Positions 20,183 through 30,069 of a DNA stretch of 64,000 nt are shown piece after piece (positions within the stretch are counted from its first letter, which is position 1; every line of letters starts with the position of its first letter). The translations under genes were made by a program, and so were the position numbers. The notes under the pieces are model-generated. The model was not told the origin of the DNA and did no database searches. It was given only the letters and a program-made list of their open reading frames with translations. This DNA is from an uncultured Mycoplasmatota bacterium (GTDB lineage Bacteria; Bacillota_I; Bacilli_A; RF39; UBA660): contig UQVR01000001.1 in the NCBI GenBank assembly GCA_900544625.1, positions 29,517 to 93,516 on the forward strand, read 5' to 3'.

Positions 20183-20806
20183 ATGAAAAAGTATGAAGAA
20201 GCTAAGAAAGACTTAGTGTTAAATGGTTTTGATGAAGCAAAAGTTAATGAACTAACTAATTTATTTGTAGAAGATTTCCTTGATTCTGAATATGAAAAAC
20301 TAGGAGAATCTTTAGATATGTATATTGATGAAGTTAGAGATGGTCAAATATTACCTAATGAATTTGGAGTCGTTAAGTTTGCGGAAATAGTTAACGATAA
20401 CGAAGAAAAACAATCTAAATCTATAGTTGTTTCTACTTTTAGAAATGTTGTAACTAATAAATTTAATGAAATGGCTAAAAGAGAGCCTTTACAAAGCGTA
20501 TTGGTTTTGGGTGGAACAATGGAATATCACCATGATTTTGCAGCGTATGGATTTAATCCTTATGTTTTTGCTAAGGATATTCTTGTATCATTTGATGATT
20601 ATGGTCTTTGTAGTATTCATCCAACTGGATATGAATATGGTTTTATAAAAATATCAGATTTAATAACTTTGCTTAATAACAAAGGTTTAGAAAAAAGTTT
20701 TTTATTAGTTGAAAAGAATAATGGTGTAGGATTTGATTTATTAATTGAATATGATAAAATAATGAGTCTGGGAAAATCTGATGAATTAACTTTAAAGAGA
20801 GTCTAA
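20183..20806 (+). CDS. Hypothetical protein (207 aa, acidic)
   Basis: Promoter TTGACA-16-TATAAA at 20129-20157 and the ribosome-binding site AAGGAGGGG. No recognisable motif. Confidence 0.55.
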   Translation: MKKYEEAKKDLVLNGFDEAKVNELTNLFVEDFLDSEYEKLGESLDMYIDEVRDGQILPNEFGVVKFAEIVNDNEEKQSKSIVVSTFRNVVTNKFNEMAKREPLQSVLVLGGTMEYHHDFAAYGFNPYVFAKDILVSFDDYGLCSIHPTGYEYGFIKISDLITLLNNKGLEKSFLLVEKNNGVGFDLLIEYDKIMSLGKSDELTLKRV

Positions 20807-20824
20807 AAAAAGACTCTCTTTTGA
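20795..20824. terminator. Bidirectional rho-independent terminator
   Basis: AAGAGAGTC-taaaaaaa-GACTCTCTT with T-rich sequence on both sides. Serves convergent transcripts. Confidence 0.7.
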
Positions 20825-20827
20825 GTC

Positions 20828-20920
20828 TTATATAATATATGCAATTATTCCTGCGATAACGCTTGCTACCATGATAAGAAGCATTATCCATACTACAATT
20901 TTTTGTGCTTTTTTATTCAA
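20828..20920 (-). CDS. Putative 30 aa hydrophobic membrane peptide (not in the ORF track)
   Basis: Minus-strand TTG start with the ribosome-binding site GGTGA 8 nt upstream. Encodes LNKKAQKIVVWIMLLIMVASVIAGIIAYII and ends just before the bidirectional terminator. Confidence 0.35.
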   Translation of the reverse strand: MNKKAQKIVVWIMLLIMVASVIAGIIAYII

Positions 20921-21001
20921 AATATTTCACCACTTTCTTTTTTCTATTAATAATTTATCATATTTGTTATAAATTTGCAATATAATTAAGTGGTGATAAT
21001 C

Positions 21002-21577
21002 ATGTGGACAAGCCTAAATAAGAAATTATATGTATTTATGAGTATAATATTAGTAATTGGTTTTATTATAGGAATAGTATTTGTAGTATTACTAGATGAA
21101 GCTACAAAAGAAATATTATTTTTAAATATTAATGAAGTATTACAAAATTTTAGCTATGTAAATACTAATGGTTTAATAATACATTTGGTTATATTGTCTA
21201 GTTTACTTATTTTAAGTATGTTTTTAATTGGTGGTCCTTTAGTTTTGTTTTTTATGTTTTATAATGGTTTTAGTATTGGTTTTATTATAAGCAGTTTAAC
21301 ATGTATTTTTGGTATAAAGGGAATATTGTTTGGTTCAATTTATGTAATAATTTATAAATTGCTGTTTTTAATTATGCTTGTAGTCTTTAGTGTTAATTTG
21401 TTTAAAATAATTAAATGTGTTATTGATAGAATTGTATATAAGAATAACAATAAAGAATCATTGGTTGTATTTATAAAAAGAAGTGTAATATTTATAGGAA
21501 TTGTACTTATACTCGATATAATTTTATATTTTGTAGGTGGAAAACTAGTAAATCTCTTTAATTTTTTGATTAGTTAG
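21002..21577 (+). CDS. Polytopic membrane protein, SpoIIM/DUF95-like
   Basis: Five or more transmembrane helices. The ribosome-binding site GGTGA precedes ATG 21002. Similarity to SpoIIM is weak. Confidence 0.45.
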   Translation: MWTSLNKKLYVFMSIILVIGFIIGIVFVVLLDEATKEILFLNINEVLQNFSYVNTNGLIIHLVILSSLLILSMFLIGGPLVLFFMFYNGFSIGFIISSLTCIFGIKGILFGSIYVIIYKLLFLIMLVVFSVNLFKIIKCVIDRIVYKNNNKESLVVFIKRSVIFIGIVLILDIILYFVGGKLVNLFNFLIS

Positions 21578-21600
21578 TATATAATAGTTATGTGATGTTT

Positions 21601-22713
21601 ATGGAAAAAGTAATTATTGGAATATCTGGTGGTGTTGATTCTGCGGTTGGAGCCTTACTTTTAATTAAGCAAGGTTATGAAGTCGAAGGTTTGTTTATGC
21701 GAAATTGGGATAGCAATATTAATAATGATTTTTTAGGAAATCCTAATGATTTTAATGATATTTGTCCTCAAGAAAAAGATTATAATGATGCATTAGAGTT
21801 GTGCAATAAATTAGGAATAAAATTACATAGAATTGATTTTGTTAAGGAATATTGGGATTATGTATTTACATATTTTTTAGAAGAATTAAAAAAGGGAAGA
21901 ACTCCAAACCCTGATATGTTATGTAATAAGTTTATTAAGTTTGATCTATTTATAAAAGAAGCAAAAAGACTAGGAGCAGATTATATTGCTACTGGTCACT
22001 ATGCTAGAATGGAAGATGGCAAATTAAAAAGAAGCATTGATTTAAATAAAGATCAAACATATTTTTTGGCTGATGTAAAAAAAGAAAGCTTAAAAAATGT
22101 TTTGTTTCCAGTTGGAGATTATACAAAACCTGAGATTAGAAAAATAGCTGAAGATAATAATTTAAATGTTGCTCATAAGAAAGATTCAACAGGTATTTGT
22201 TTTATTGGAGAAAGAAACTATCAAAAGTTTATTGAAAATTACTTAAAACCTAATCCTGGAGATATTGTTGATGTATCTACAAAAGAAGTTATTGGTAGAC
22301 ATACGGGCTTAATGAATTATACAATTGGTCAAAGAAGAAATGTAGGTATAAGTGGTAATTTAGAAAGACATTATGTATGTGGTAAGAATGTTAATAATAA
22401 TATTTTATATGTAGCTTTTGGAGAAGACAATAAATATTTAATGAGTGATGAATGCATTATAGATAATGTTAATTTTATAAGTAACTTAAGACCTACATTT
22501 TGTACTGCTAAATTTAGATATAGAGATCAGGATCATGCTGTGGAATTAGAATATTTGGAAAATAATAAGATAAGAGTTAAATACCCTGAAAAAGTAAAAG
22601 CGGTAACACCAGGACAAGCATGTGTTTTATATCTCGGTGAAGAATGTCTTGGGTGTGGATTTATTGATGAAATAAAAAATAATGGAGAATTTTTATGGTA
22701 TTTACATAACTAA
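21601..22713 (+). CDS. mnmA: tRNA-specific 2-thiouridylase MnmA
   Basis: PP-loop motif IGISGGVDSAV with catalytic cysteines (CNKFIKFD, GICFIGE). Confidence 0.9.
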   Translation: MEKVIIGISGGVDSAVGALLLIKQGYEVEGLFMRNWDSNINNDFLGNPNDFNDICPQEKDYNDALELCNKLGIKLHRIDFVKEYWDYVFTYFLEELKKGRTPNPDMLCNKFIKFDLFIKEAKRLGADYIATGHYARMEDGKLKRSIDLNKDQTYFLADVKKESLKNVLFPVGDYTKPEIRKIAEDNNLNVAHKKDSTGICFIGERNYQKFIENYLKPNPGDIVDVSTKEVIGRHTGLMNYTIGQRRNVGISGNLERHYVCGKNVNNNILYVAFGEDNKYLMSDECIIDNVNFISNLRPTFCTAKFRYRDQDHAVELEYLENNKIRVKYPEKVKAVTPGQACVLYLGEECLGCGFIDEIKNNGEFLWYLHN

Positions 22714-22779
22714 ACTTGATTTTTAATGTTAAGTTATGTATAATAAAGGTGTAAAATTAAAGAAGGTAGTGATTAAAAT

Positions 22780-23550
22780 ATGGATAGATTAAATGAATTA
22801 TTACAAGAATTAGGGTTATCTAAAGTAAAGCTAGCTAAATATTTAGGTGTAAGTCGTCAGATGGTATATAACTATTTAGTTTTAGATAGCTTAGATAAAT
22901 GGCCAAAAGAAAAGAAAGTGTTGTTATTACAACTTTTAGATATTAAAGATGGAAGTAAAAAAAGCATTGAAAGTATTGTGGTTGATACTGATTATTTGAT
23001 GGAAGTAGAAAAAAGACTTAATACTGCTATTAAACAAACTAATAGTATTGAGTCTGTAATCGATATGAATGGATTAACAAAAGAAAATAAACAATTATTA
23101 AATGATTTTATATTTTTATTAAAAGAAAAATTAGAAGATAATGAGTCAGAAGAAACTGCTGCAATAAAATATATGTATTATATGCTTCAATCAATGGATA
23201 ATGTTCCAGAAATAAAATATATAATGGGTTATATGGCAAAATCTAATTGCTTTATTAAACCAGATGAATATAAGTTTGATGAAGATAAACAGTTTATTTT
23301 TGAAGGAATTTTATATTCAGCTTTAACATTATATAATAATGGTGGAGCATCAAAGAGTAAACTTGCGGAAAGTCATAAAAGATTCATTACTGAAATAGAA
23401 CAAAAAAATGAAGAAAAATTAACCAGAACACAACAACTTAGTACGGTTAAAATTCAAGCTTTAAGAGAACTTGGGTATAATGATATTAATACTGAAAATG
23501 CAGCAGAAGTATTCGAAAAAATGGCAGAAATACAAACAAGAAAGGTATAG
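22780..23550 (+). CDS. HTH (XRE-like) domain protein
   Basis: N-terminal helix-turn-helix LSKVKLAKYLGVSRQMVYNY. Confidence 0.55.
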   Translation: MDRLNELLQELGLSKVKLAKYLGVSRQMVYNYLVLDSLDKWPKEKKVLLLQLLDIKDGSKKSIESIVVDTDYLMEVEKRLNTAIKQTNSIESVIDMNGLTKENKQLLNDFIFLLKEKLEDNESEETAAIKYMYYMLQSMDNVPEIKYIMGYMAKSNCFIKPDEYKFDEDKQFIFEGILYSALTLYNNGGASKSKLAESHKRFITEIEQKNEEKLTRTQQLSTVKIQALRELGYNDINTENAAEVFEKMAEIQTRKV

Positions 23551-23554
23551 TAAA

Positions 23555-24349
23555 ATGAAGAAGAAAAATCTTGTGCTTTTATTAAGTGGAATTGTTGTTA
23601 TCCTTGTTGGTGTGGTAATATCTTTCTTTATAAAAAATGGGATCCCTGTTAATGCAAATGGTAAAACTGTTAAAGAATTGTATTCTTATGTTGGTAATAG
23701 TGATTTAGAAAAATGCGGGGGATTAGTGTTTTATAATGATAGTAAAGTTGATTATAATAGTTTAAGTAATGATACTAAAATTTGTTTAGCTTATACTCAA
23801 GTAAAAAAAGAAGTTAAAGAAGAAATAAAACTTGATAAAAATAAAAAAGGTAATATATGTATTTTAAGCAAAGGCCTTATATTTGCTACAGATAATTATG
23901 AAGATAAGATTTGTACCTTAAGCAAAACAAATAAAGATCTAGTAAATGAAAATTACAAAAAAATATTTGGTGAAGAAATAGATACTTATGATAAATTTCA
24001 ATTAGATAATATAACTGTTTGTTATTTAAATGATGACTCGTATTATTGTGGATTATCTGAAGAATATACTTATACAATCGGAGCTGAACCACATACTTAT
24101 AGAGCAATAAAAGATTCTTTTAAAAAGAATGACGAAATAATTATATATGATTACTTTTTAAAAGTTATTAATAATGAATGTTATACAAGTTATGTTAAAG
24201 ATAGTAAAAATGATAAGTGCACTAAAGCATTAGAAAATAATAAAAATGTAGAATATAAATTTTTGAAAAAATATGGAACTCAGTATAAACATATATTTAA
24301 AAAAGATAATAATGTATATCATTGGGTTTCTAGTGAAAAAATAAATTAA
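23555..24349 (+). CDS. Membrane-anchored cysteine-rich extracellular protein
   Basis: N-terminal transmembrane/signal anchor LVLLLSGIVVILVGVVISFFI and 12 or more Cys in the ectodomain. Confidence 0.5.
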   Translation: MKKKNLVLLLSGIVVILVGVVISFFIKNGIPVNANGKTVKELYSYVGNSDLEKCGGLVFYNDSKVDYNSLSNDTKICLAYTQVKKEVKEEIKLDKNKKGNICILSKGLIFATDNYEDKICTLSKTNKDLVNENYKKIFGEEIDTYDKFQLDNITVCYLNDDSYYCGLSEEYTYTIGAEPHTYRAIKDSFKKNDEIIIYDYFLKVINNECYTSYVKDSKNDKCTKALENNKNVEYKFLKKYGTQYKHIFKKDNNVYHWVSSEKIN

Positions 24350-24383
24350 CTTACATTGATTGGTAATTTCCTAAATTGAAAAT

Positions 24384-24412
24384 TGAACCGCACCACTTGG
24401 GTGCGGTTTTTT
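24384..24412 (+). terminator. Rho-independent terminator
   Basis: AACCGCACC-actt-GGTGCGGTT followed by T6. Confidence 0.8.
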
Positions 24413-24453
24413 GATATAATAAGGGAGCCAAATCCCGGCAAGGAGGCTCCTAT

Positions 24454-24591
24454 ATGAATTATAAACAATTAACGGAAAAAAAGAAAGTAGAAATTGCAAA
24501 AAACACGTTAAAAGAAAAGCGTAGTCCGAAGTTTATAAGTAAAATAACTAACTTATCAATATCTGAGATAAATAAGTTAAAAGTTAACTAA
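24454..24591 (+). CDS. Small 45 aa HTH-like protein (not in the ORF track)
   Basis: Extended -10 promoter TGATATAAT at 24411-24419. The ribosome-binding site AGGAGG lies 8 nt upstream of the ATG, inside a GC-rich hairpin GGGAGCC...GGCTCC. Product is MNYKQLTEKKKVEIAKNTLKEKRSPKFISKITNLSISEINKLKVN. Confidence 0.45.
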   Translation: MNYKQLTEKKKVEIAKNTLKEKRSPKFISKITNLSISEINKLKVN

Positions 24592-24679
24592 TAATCAAAT
24601 TAAGATAATGTTTAAAAAATGTTATCTTTTTATATGCATAAATGTTATAATATTTATGTATGAATAAATGAGGTATTTT

Positions 24680-26998
24680 ATGAATTTGATAATTACTAAT
24701 GAATTTAATAAAATGGATATATTAAAAAAATTAACTAATGAAAAGAAGTTTAACAATTATAAATTTTATAGTTTTAACGAGTTAAAGAGAAAACTGTTTT
24801 TTGATTATGATAATAAAACAATAGAATATGTAATGAAAAAATATAATGTTAATTTATCGATAGCAAAAATTTATATTGAAAATTTATATTTTCTAAAAGA
24901 AATAAGAAATAAAAAAATAGAATTTTTAAATAATTTGAAAAAAGAATTAGATAATAATAAATTGCTTATTTATAATAATCAATTTAAAAACTATTTACTT
25001 GGTAAAAAAATAATAGTTTATCAAAATGAAGAATTATCTAAAGAAGAAAAATATATTTTAAAGGATTTTAATTATGAAGTAAAGAAAAATCAAAATAGTA
25101 TATATAGTCCTGAAATATTTGAAGCAATTAATATAAATGAAGAATTAGAATTTGTTATATCAAGTATAAAAAAATTAATTCATGAGGGAATTGATATTAA
25201 TAATATAAAATTAATTGCTAATAGTGAGTACAATAAGTATTTAGAATATTATTCACAAATTTTTGGTTTGCCTCTTAATACTAATGATGGCAATTCATTT
25301 TTTAGTACAGGTGTTTCAAATTTGTTTTTGCGTATGTATGATGAATATGATATACCTGTGATTATTGAAAAATTAAAGGAAAAGTATGAAAATATAAATG
25401 AACTAATATCTGTTATAAATAAATCTGTATTAGTAAGTGATAAAAAAATTAGAAAAGAATTTATTATAGATGATTTAAAAAAAAGTATTGTATCTAATGT
25501 TTCATATAAAAATGCTATAGATATTCATTCTTTGCATGAAAACTATGGGGATGATGATTATGTCTTTTTACTTGGCTTCAATATAGGAAATTACCCTAAA
25601 ATTTATATGGATGATGATTTTTTAAGCGATAAAGAAAAAAAGATGTTAGATTTAGATACTTCCATAGAAAAAAATAAAATGGAAAGAGTAAATGTTATAA
25701 GTGCTATTAAAAGGATTCCTCATTTGATAATAACATATCCTTTACATGATGGTAGCAAAGTAAGATATCCATCAGTTTTAATTGATGACTTACAAGTAAC
25801 TTCTCAGAAAATAAAGCTTAATAGATCAATATCATATTCTAAAAAATATAGTAATCTTTTATATGCTATTGATTTAGATAATTTTTATAAATATAATGAT
25901 GAAAGTAAATATTTAAAAATGTATCAAAAGAATTTAAATATTCCTTATCGAGAATACAATAATAAATATAATATGATTGATACAGATTTATTAAAAGAAA
26001 GACTTAATGATAATTTTACTTTATCTTATACAAGTTTAGAATCTTTTAATGAATGCGGGTTTAAATATTATTTATCTAGAATAATGAATTTAGATATTTA
26101 TGAAGAAACTTTTAAAATTATTATTGGAAAAATTGTTCATCATATATTAGAAAAAGGATTAGAAAAATGTATTGATATAGATATGGAAATAAGTGAATTT
26201 ATGAAAACATTAGACTTTTCATTTGGCCCCAGAGAATTATTTTATGTTCACAAATTAAGTGCTGAACTTGATTATTTGCTTAAATATTTACATAAACAAG
26301 AAAAAAATTCGAAGCTTACAAATTATTTGTTTGAAACTGAGCTTGCTGTAGAAAAAAAATATAATGATATAAATGTAGTGTTTAAGGGATTTATAGATAA
26401 AGTAATGAGTACAGAGTATAAGGGCAAAGAAGTTATTGCTGTTGTAGATTATAAAACTGGTGATAAAAATATAAAGTTAGATACTTTAGAATATGGATTA
26501 AACATTCAATTACCAATTTACTTATATTTACTTAAAAATTCTGAAAGATTTAAAGATTCCGTTATTGCTGGATTTTATATTGAAAAAGTATTGAACAATG
26601 TTTTTAACATAACAAAGAATAAATCTTTGGAAGAACTAAAAAATGAAAATTTAAGATTACAAGGATATACTAATAGTGATGAAAATATAATTTCTTTAAT
26701 AGATACAAATTACTTAAATAGTAAAATGATTAAAGGTTTAAAATTTAAAAAAGATGGTTCTTTTTATTCTACGAGTAAGGTGTTAAGTAATAAAGAAATG
26801 GATGATATGATTGTTAAAGTTCAAAATATTATTGATGATACAATAAAAAATGTTATTACTGGGAAGTTTTTTATAAATCCAAAAGTTTTAAAAGGTAAAA
26901 ATATTTCTTGTACTTATTGTAAATTTAAAGATATATGTTTTAAAACAAAAAGTGACGAAGTAATTATCGGAGGTGAAGATGATGGATTTAACGCCTGA
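24680..26998 (+). CDS. addB: Helicase-nuclease AddB/RexB (compact)
   Basis: C-terminal PD-(D/E)XK nuclease with the Fe-S cysteine cluster CTYCKFKDIC. Immediately upstream of addA. Confidence 0.8.
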   Translation: MNLIITNEFNKMDILKKLTNEKKFNNYKFYSFNELKRKLFFDYDNKTIEYVMKKYNVNLSIAKIYIENLYFLKEIRNKKIEFLNNLKKELDNNKLLIYNNQFKNYLLGKKIIVYQNEELSKEEKYILKDFNYEVKKNQNSIYSPEIFEAININEELEFVISSIKKLIHEGIDINNIKLIANSEYNKYLEYYSQIFGLPLNTNDGNSFFSTGVSNLFLRMYDEYDIPVIIEKLKEKYENINELISVINKSVLVSDKKIRKEFIIDDLKKSIVSNVSYKNAIDIHSLHENYGDDDYVFLLGFNIGNYPKIYMDDDFLSDKEKKMLDLDTSIEKNKMERVNVISAIKRIPHLIITYPLHDGSKVRYPSVLIDDLQVTSQKIKLNRSISYSKKYSNLLYAIDLDNFYKYNDESKYLKMYQKNLNIPYREYNNKYNMIDTDLLKERLNDNFTLSYTSLESFNECGFKYYLSRIMNLDIYEETFKIIIGKIVHHILEKGLEKCIDIDMEISEFMKTLDFSFGPRELFYVHKLSAELDYLLKYLHKQEKNSKLTNYLFETELAVEKKYNDINVVFKGFIDKVMSTEYKGKEVIAVVDYKTGDKNIKLDTLEYGLNIQLPIYLYLLKNSERFKDSVIAGFYIEKVLNNVFNITKNKSLEELKNENLRLQGYTNSDENIISLIDTNYLNSKMIKGLKFKKDGSFYSTSKVLSNKEMDDMIVKVQNIIDDTIKNVITGKFFINPKVLKGKNISCTYCKFKDICFKTKSDEVIIGGEDDGFNA

Positions 26999-29900
26999 AC
27001 AACAATTGGCGGTTGACTTAGAGGGAACAAATATTATAGTTTCTGCAGGTGCTGGGTCTGGTAAAACCGCAGTATTATCAGAAAGGGTTATTAGAAAATT
27101 AAAAGATGGAATAGATATTAGAAACATTTTAATGTTAACATTTACTAATGAAGCTGCTGGAGAAATGGCTAATAGAATTAGAAAAAAAATAAAAAAAGCA
27201 GGATTAACTAATCAACTAGAGTTTTTAGATCAAGCTTATATTACAACATTTGATGCTTTTGCCTTAAGTTTGGTAAAAAAATATCATTATGTTTTAAATA
27301 TTGATAAATCAATTGATATTATAGATTCTTCAATTATTGATTTAAAAAGAAATGAATTTTTAGAAGAAATATTTTTAAGTCTTTATGAGGCAAAAGATGA
27401 AAAATTTTTAAAGTTAATTGGAGATTTTACTACACGTGATGATGAAGTTATTAAAAAAGCTATTTTAAGTATTAATAAAAGTCTAGATTTGAAATACGAT
27501 AAAGAAGATTATATCGATAATTATATAAATAACTTTTATAATAATAAATATATAGAGCAATTATTTGCTGAGTATTTTAATTATTTAAAAAAAATATCTT
27601 TAGAACTTGAAGATTCTGTTTTAATATTAGAAAACTTTATGGATTCATCAAGTTATGAAAACATTTATAATTCCTTAAATAAATTATTTAGACCAAATAG
27701 TTATAATGATTTATATAAAAATAATAATATTATTTTGCCTAGATTTACAAAGGTAGATTCAAGTGGCATAAGTGTAAAAGAAAATATTCAAGAACTGTTT
27801 AAGGAGTTAAATGAATTAATTATATATAGTGAAGATGAGCTCAAAAACAATTATTTTTGCACTAGAGATTATGTGGAAGTAATATTAAAAATAATTAAAA
27901 TGTTAGATGAAAAAATAAGCTTATATAAGAAAGAACATAATTCTTATGAATTTACAGATATTGCTAAAATGGCTATATCAATAGTTAAAGACAATGAAGA
28001 TATAAGATTAGAATTGAAAGATAAATTCAATGAGATAATGATAGATGAATATCAAGATACTAATGATTTACAAGAAACATTTATTAAATTATTAGAAAAT
28101 GATAATGTTTATATGGTTGGAGATATTAAACAATCTATTTATAGATTTAGAAATGCAAATCCATTAATATTTAAGGATAAATATGATAGATATGGTATTA
28201 ATAATGGTGGAAAAAAGATTGATTTACTTAAAAATTTTAGATCTAGAGAAGAAGTATTATATAATATAAATGAAATTTTTGCACCATTAATGACACAAGA
28301 TATTGGGGGAATAAACTATAAAGAAAGTCATGCTATGGTATATGGTAATAAAGCCTATATTGAAAAGGGTGCTAATGATTATAATAACTATTTAGATATT
28401 TTAACCTATAATAATGAAGATAAAAAATATACAAATGATGAAATAGAAGCGTTTATAATAGCTAAGGATATTAAGAAGAAAATAGAAGAAAAGTATTTAG
28501 TTTTTGATTTTGATAAAGAATGTAATAGAGATGTAACTTATAATGATTTTTGTATTATTCTAGATCGTGGAAGCAAGATGAGCTTGTTTAAAAAAGTTTT
28601 TGAGTACCTAGATATACCAATGGAGGTGTATAAGGATAATAATTTGATAGAAGAAAATGATATTTTTATAATTAAAAATATTATTGGACTAATTTTATCT
28701 ATTAAAGATGGGATATATAATAAAAATTTAAAATATTATTTTACAAGCGTTGCCAGAAGTTATATTGGTAATTTATGTGATAATGAAATATTTAAATGCT
28801 TTGAAGAAAATAAAATTTTTAAAACAGATATATATAATAAATGTTATGAAATAAGCAAAGATATTGATATTATGACTCCGAATATATTACTTAAAAGAAT
28901 TATTAAAGACTTTGATTTTTATGATAAATTTATTTTGGTAGGTAATGTTGATGCTGCGATTAAAAGAATTAATTATTTGCTTGAATTATCTAAGAATGTC
29001 GAAAATTTAGGCTTTTCTATTATTGATTTTAGTAATTATTTAAATGAAATGATAGATAGTGATCAAGAAATTAAATATAAAGAGGGTAAGAGTAATAGTA
29101 TTTCTGTAAAGATTATGAATATTCATAAATCTAAAGGGCTTGAATTTCCTATTTGTTATTTTGCAGGTTTTCCTAAGACATTTAATATAAGTGATTTAAA
29201 AAATAAATTTATGTTTGATAATAAATATGGAATTCTCACTCCATTTTATAAGGAAGGTATTGGAGAAACATTTGTTAAAACTTTGGTTAAAAATAATTAT
29301 TATTTAAATGAAGTAGCAGAAAAAATAAGATTATTTTATGTAGCTTTAACTCGCGCTAAAGAAAAAATGATTATGGTTATGCCTAATATTGAAGATAAAA
29401 AATATGTTAAAGATGAAATATCTTTTATGGATGGAATTAAATTTAGATCTTTTTATGATTTTATAAAATCTATATCAGGAAATTTAGCAAAATATATGAT
29501 TAATGTTGATTTAAATAATGTTGGAGTTACTAAAGATTATGAGTTTAGTAAAAGTTTAAGTAAAAATATGGTTAATAATGAAGAGGCTAATATGTTATTT
29601 ATTGAGGATGAAATACCTTTTATTGAAATTGAAAAGAAACATGCATCAAAAACTATTAAAGAGATATTATCTGTTAGTGATGAAAAAACTTTAGAGTTTG
29701 GGACTAAGATTCATGAATTACTTGAACTTACTGATTTTGAAAATGCCAATACAGACAATAAATATGTGAATCATTTACTTAATACATTTGATTTTAACAG
29801 TGCTAAAATTTATCAAGAACTAGAGTTTTCATATGAACTGGATGATGTTTTATATCATGGGATTATTGATTTAATGTTAGAATATGAAGATAAAATATTT

Positions 29901-30050
29901 ATAATTGATTATAAATTAAAAAATATTGATGATGAAAATTATATAAAGCAATTAAATGTATATTATAATTATGTTAAATGTATAAGTAATAAAGATGTTC
30001 ATATGTACTTATATTCTATACTTGATAATGTTACTAAGGAAATTATATAA
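26979..30050 (+). CDS. addA: ATP-dependent helicase/nuclease AddA (UvrD-like + RecB nuclease)
   Basis: Walker A VSAGAGSGKT, UvrD motifs, DEYQDTN, and the C-terminal nuclease segment GIIDLMLEY...IIDYKL. The ribosome-binding site GGAGGTG precedes the ATG. Confidence 0.85.
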   Translation: MMDLTPEQQLAVDLEGTNIIVSAGAGSGKTAVLSERVIRKLKDGIDIRNILMLTFTNEAAGEMANRIRKKIKKAGLTNQLEFLDQAYITTFDAFALSLVKKYHYVLNIDKSIDIIDSSIIDLKRNEFLEEIFLSLYEAKDEKFLKLIGDFTTRDDEVIKKAILSINKSLDLKYDKEDYIDNYINNFYNNKYIEQLFAEYFNYLKKISLELEDSVLILENFMDSSSYENIYNSLNKLFRPNSYNDLYKNNNIILPRFTKVDSSGISVKENIQELFKELNELIIYSEDELKNNYFCTRDYVEVILKIIKMLDEKISLYKKEHNSYEFTDIAKMAISIVKDNEDIRLELKDKFNEIMIDEYQDTNDLQETFIKLLENDNVYMVGDIKQSIYRFRNANPLIFKDKYDRYGINNGGKKIDLLKNFRSREEVLYNINEIFAPLMTQDIGGINYKESHAMVYGNKAYIEKGANDYNNYLDILTYNNEDKKYTNDEIEAFIIAKDIKKKIEEKYLVFDFDKECNRDVTYNDFCIILDRGSKMSLFKKVFEYLDIPMEVYKDNNLIEENDIFIIKNIIGLILSIKDGIYNKNLKYYFTSVARSYIGNLCDNEIFKCFEENKIFKTDIYNKCYEISKDIDIMTPNILLKRIIKDFDFYDKFILVGNVDAAIKRINYLLELSKNVENLGFSIIDFSNYLNEMIDSDQEIKYKEGKSNSISVKIMNIHKSKGLEFPICYFAGFPKTFNISDLKNKFMFDNKYGILTPFYKEGIGETFVKTLVKNNYYLNEVAEKIRLFYVALTRAKEKMIMVMPNIEDKKYVKDEISFMDGIKFRSFYDFIKSISGNLAKYMINVDLNNVGVTKDYEFSKSLSKNMVNNEEANMLFIEDEIPFIEIEKKHASKTIKEILSVSDEKTLEFGTKIHELLELTDFENANTDNKYVNHLLNTFDFNSAKIYQELEFSYELDDVLYHGIIDLMLEYEDKIFIIDYKLKNIDDENYIKQLNVYYNYVKCISNKDVHMYLYSILDNVTKEII

Positions 30051-30069
30051 TAAAAGAAAGGAGTTTTTT

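Noticed and set aside
20466-20648. Plus-strand 60 aa ORF nested inside the 20183-20806 gene
   Set aside because: Alternative frame within a longer ORF; it has no signals.
20673-20891. Minus-strand 72 aa ORF from the track
   Set aside because: This frame runs through the bidirectional terminator into the 3' end of the neighbouring gene. An alternative 30 aa hydrophobic frame with a ribosome-binding site is reported instead.
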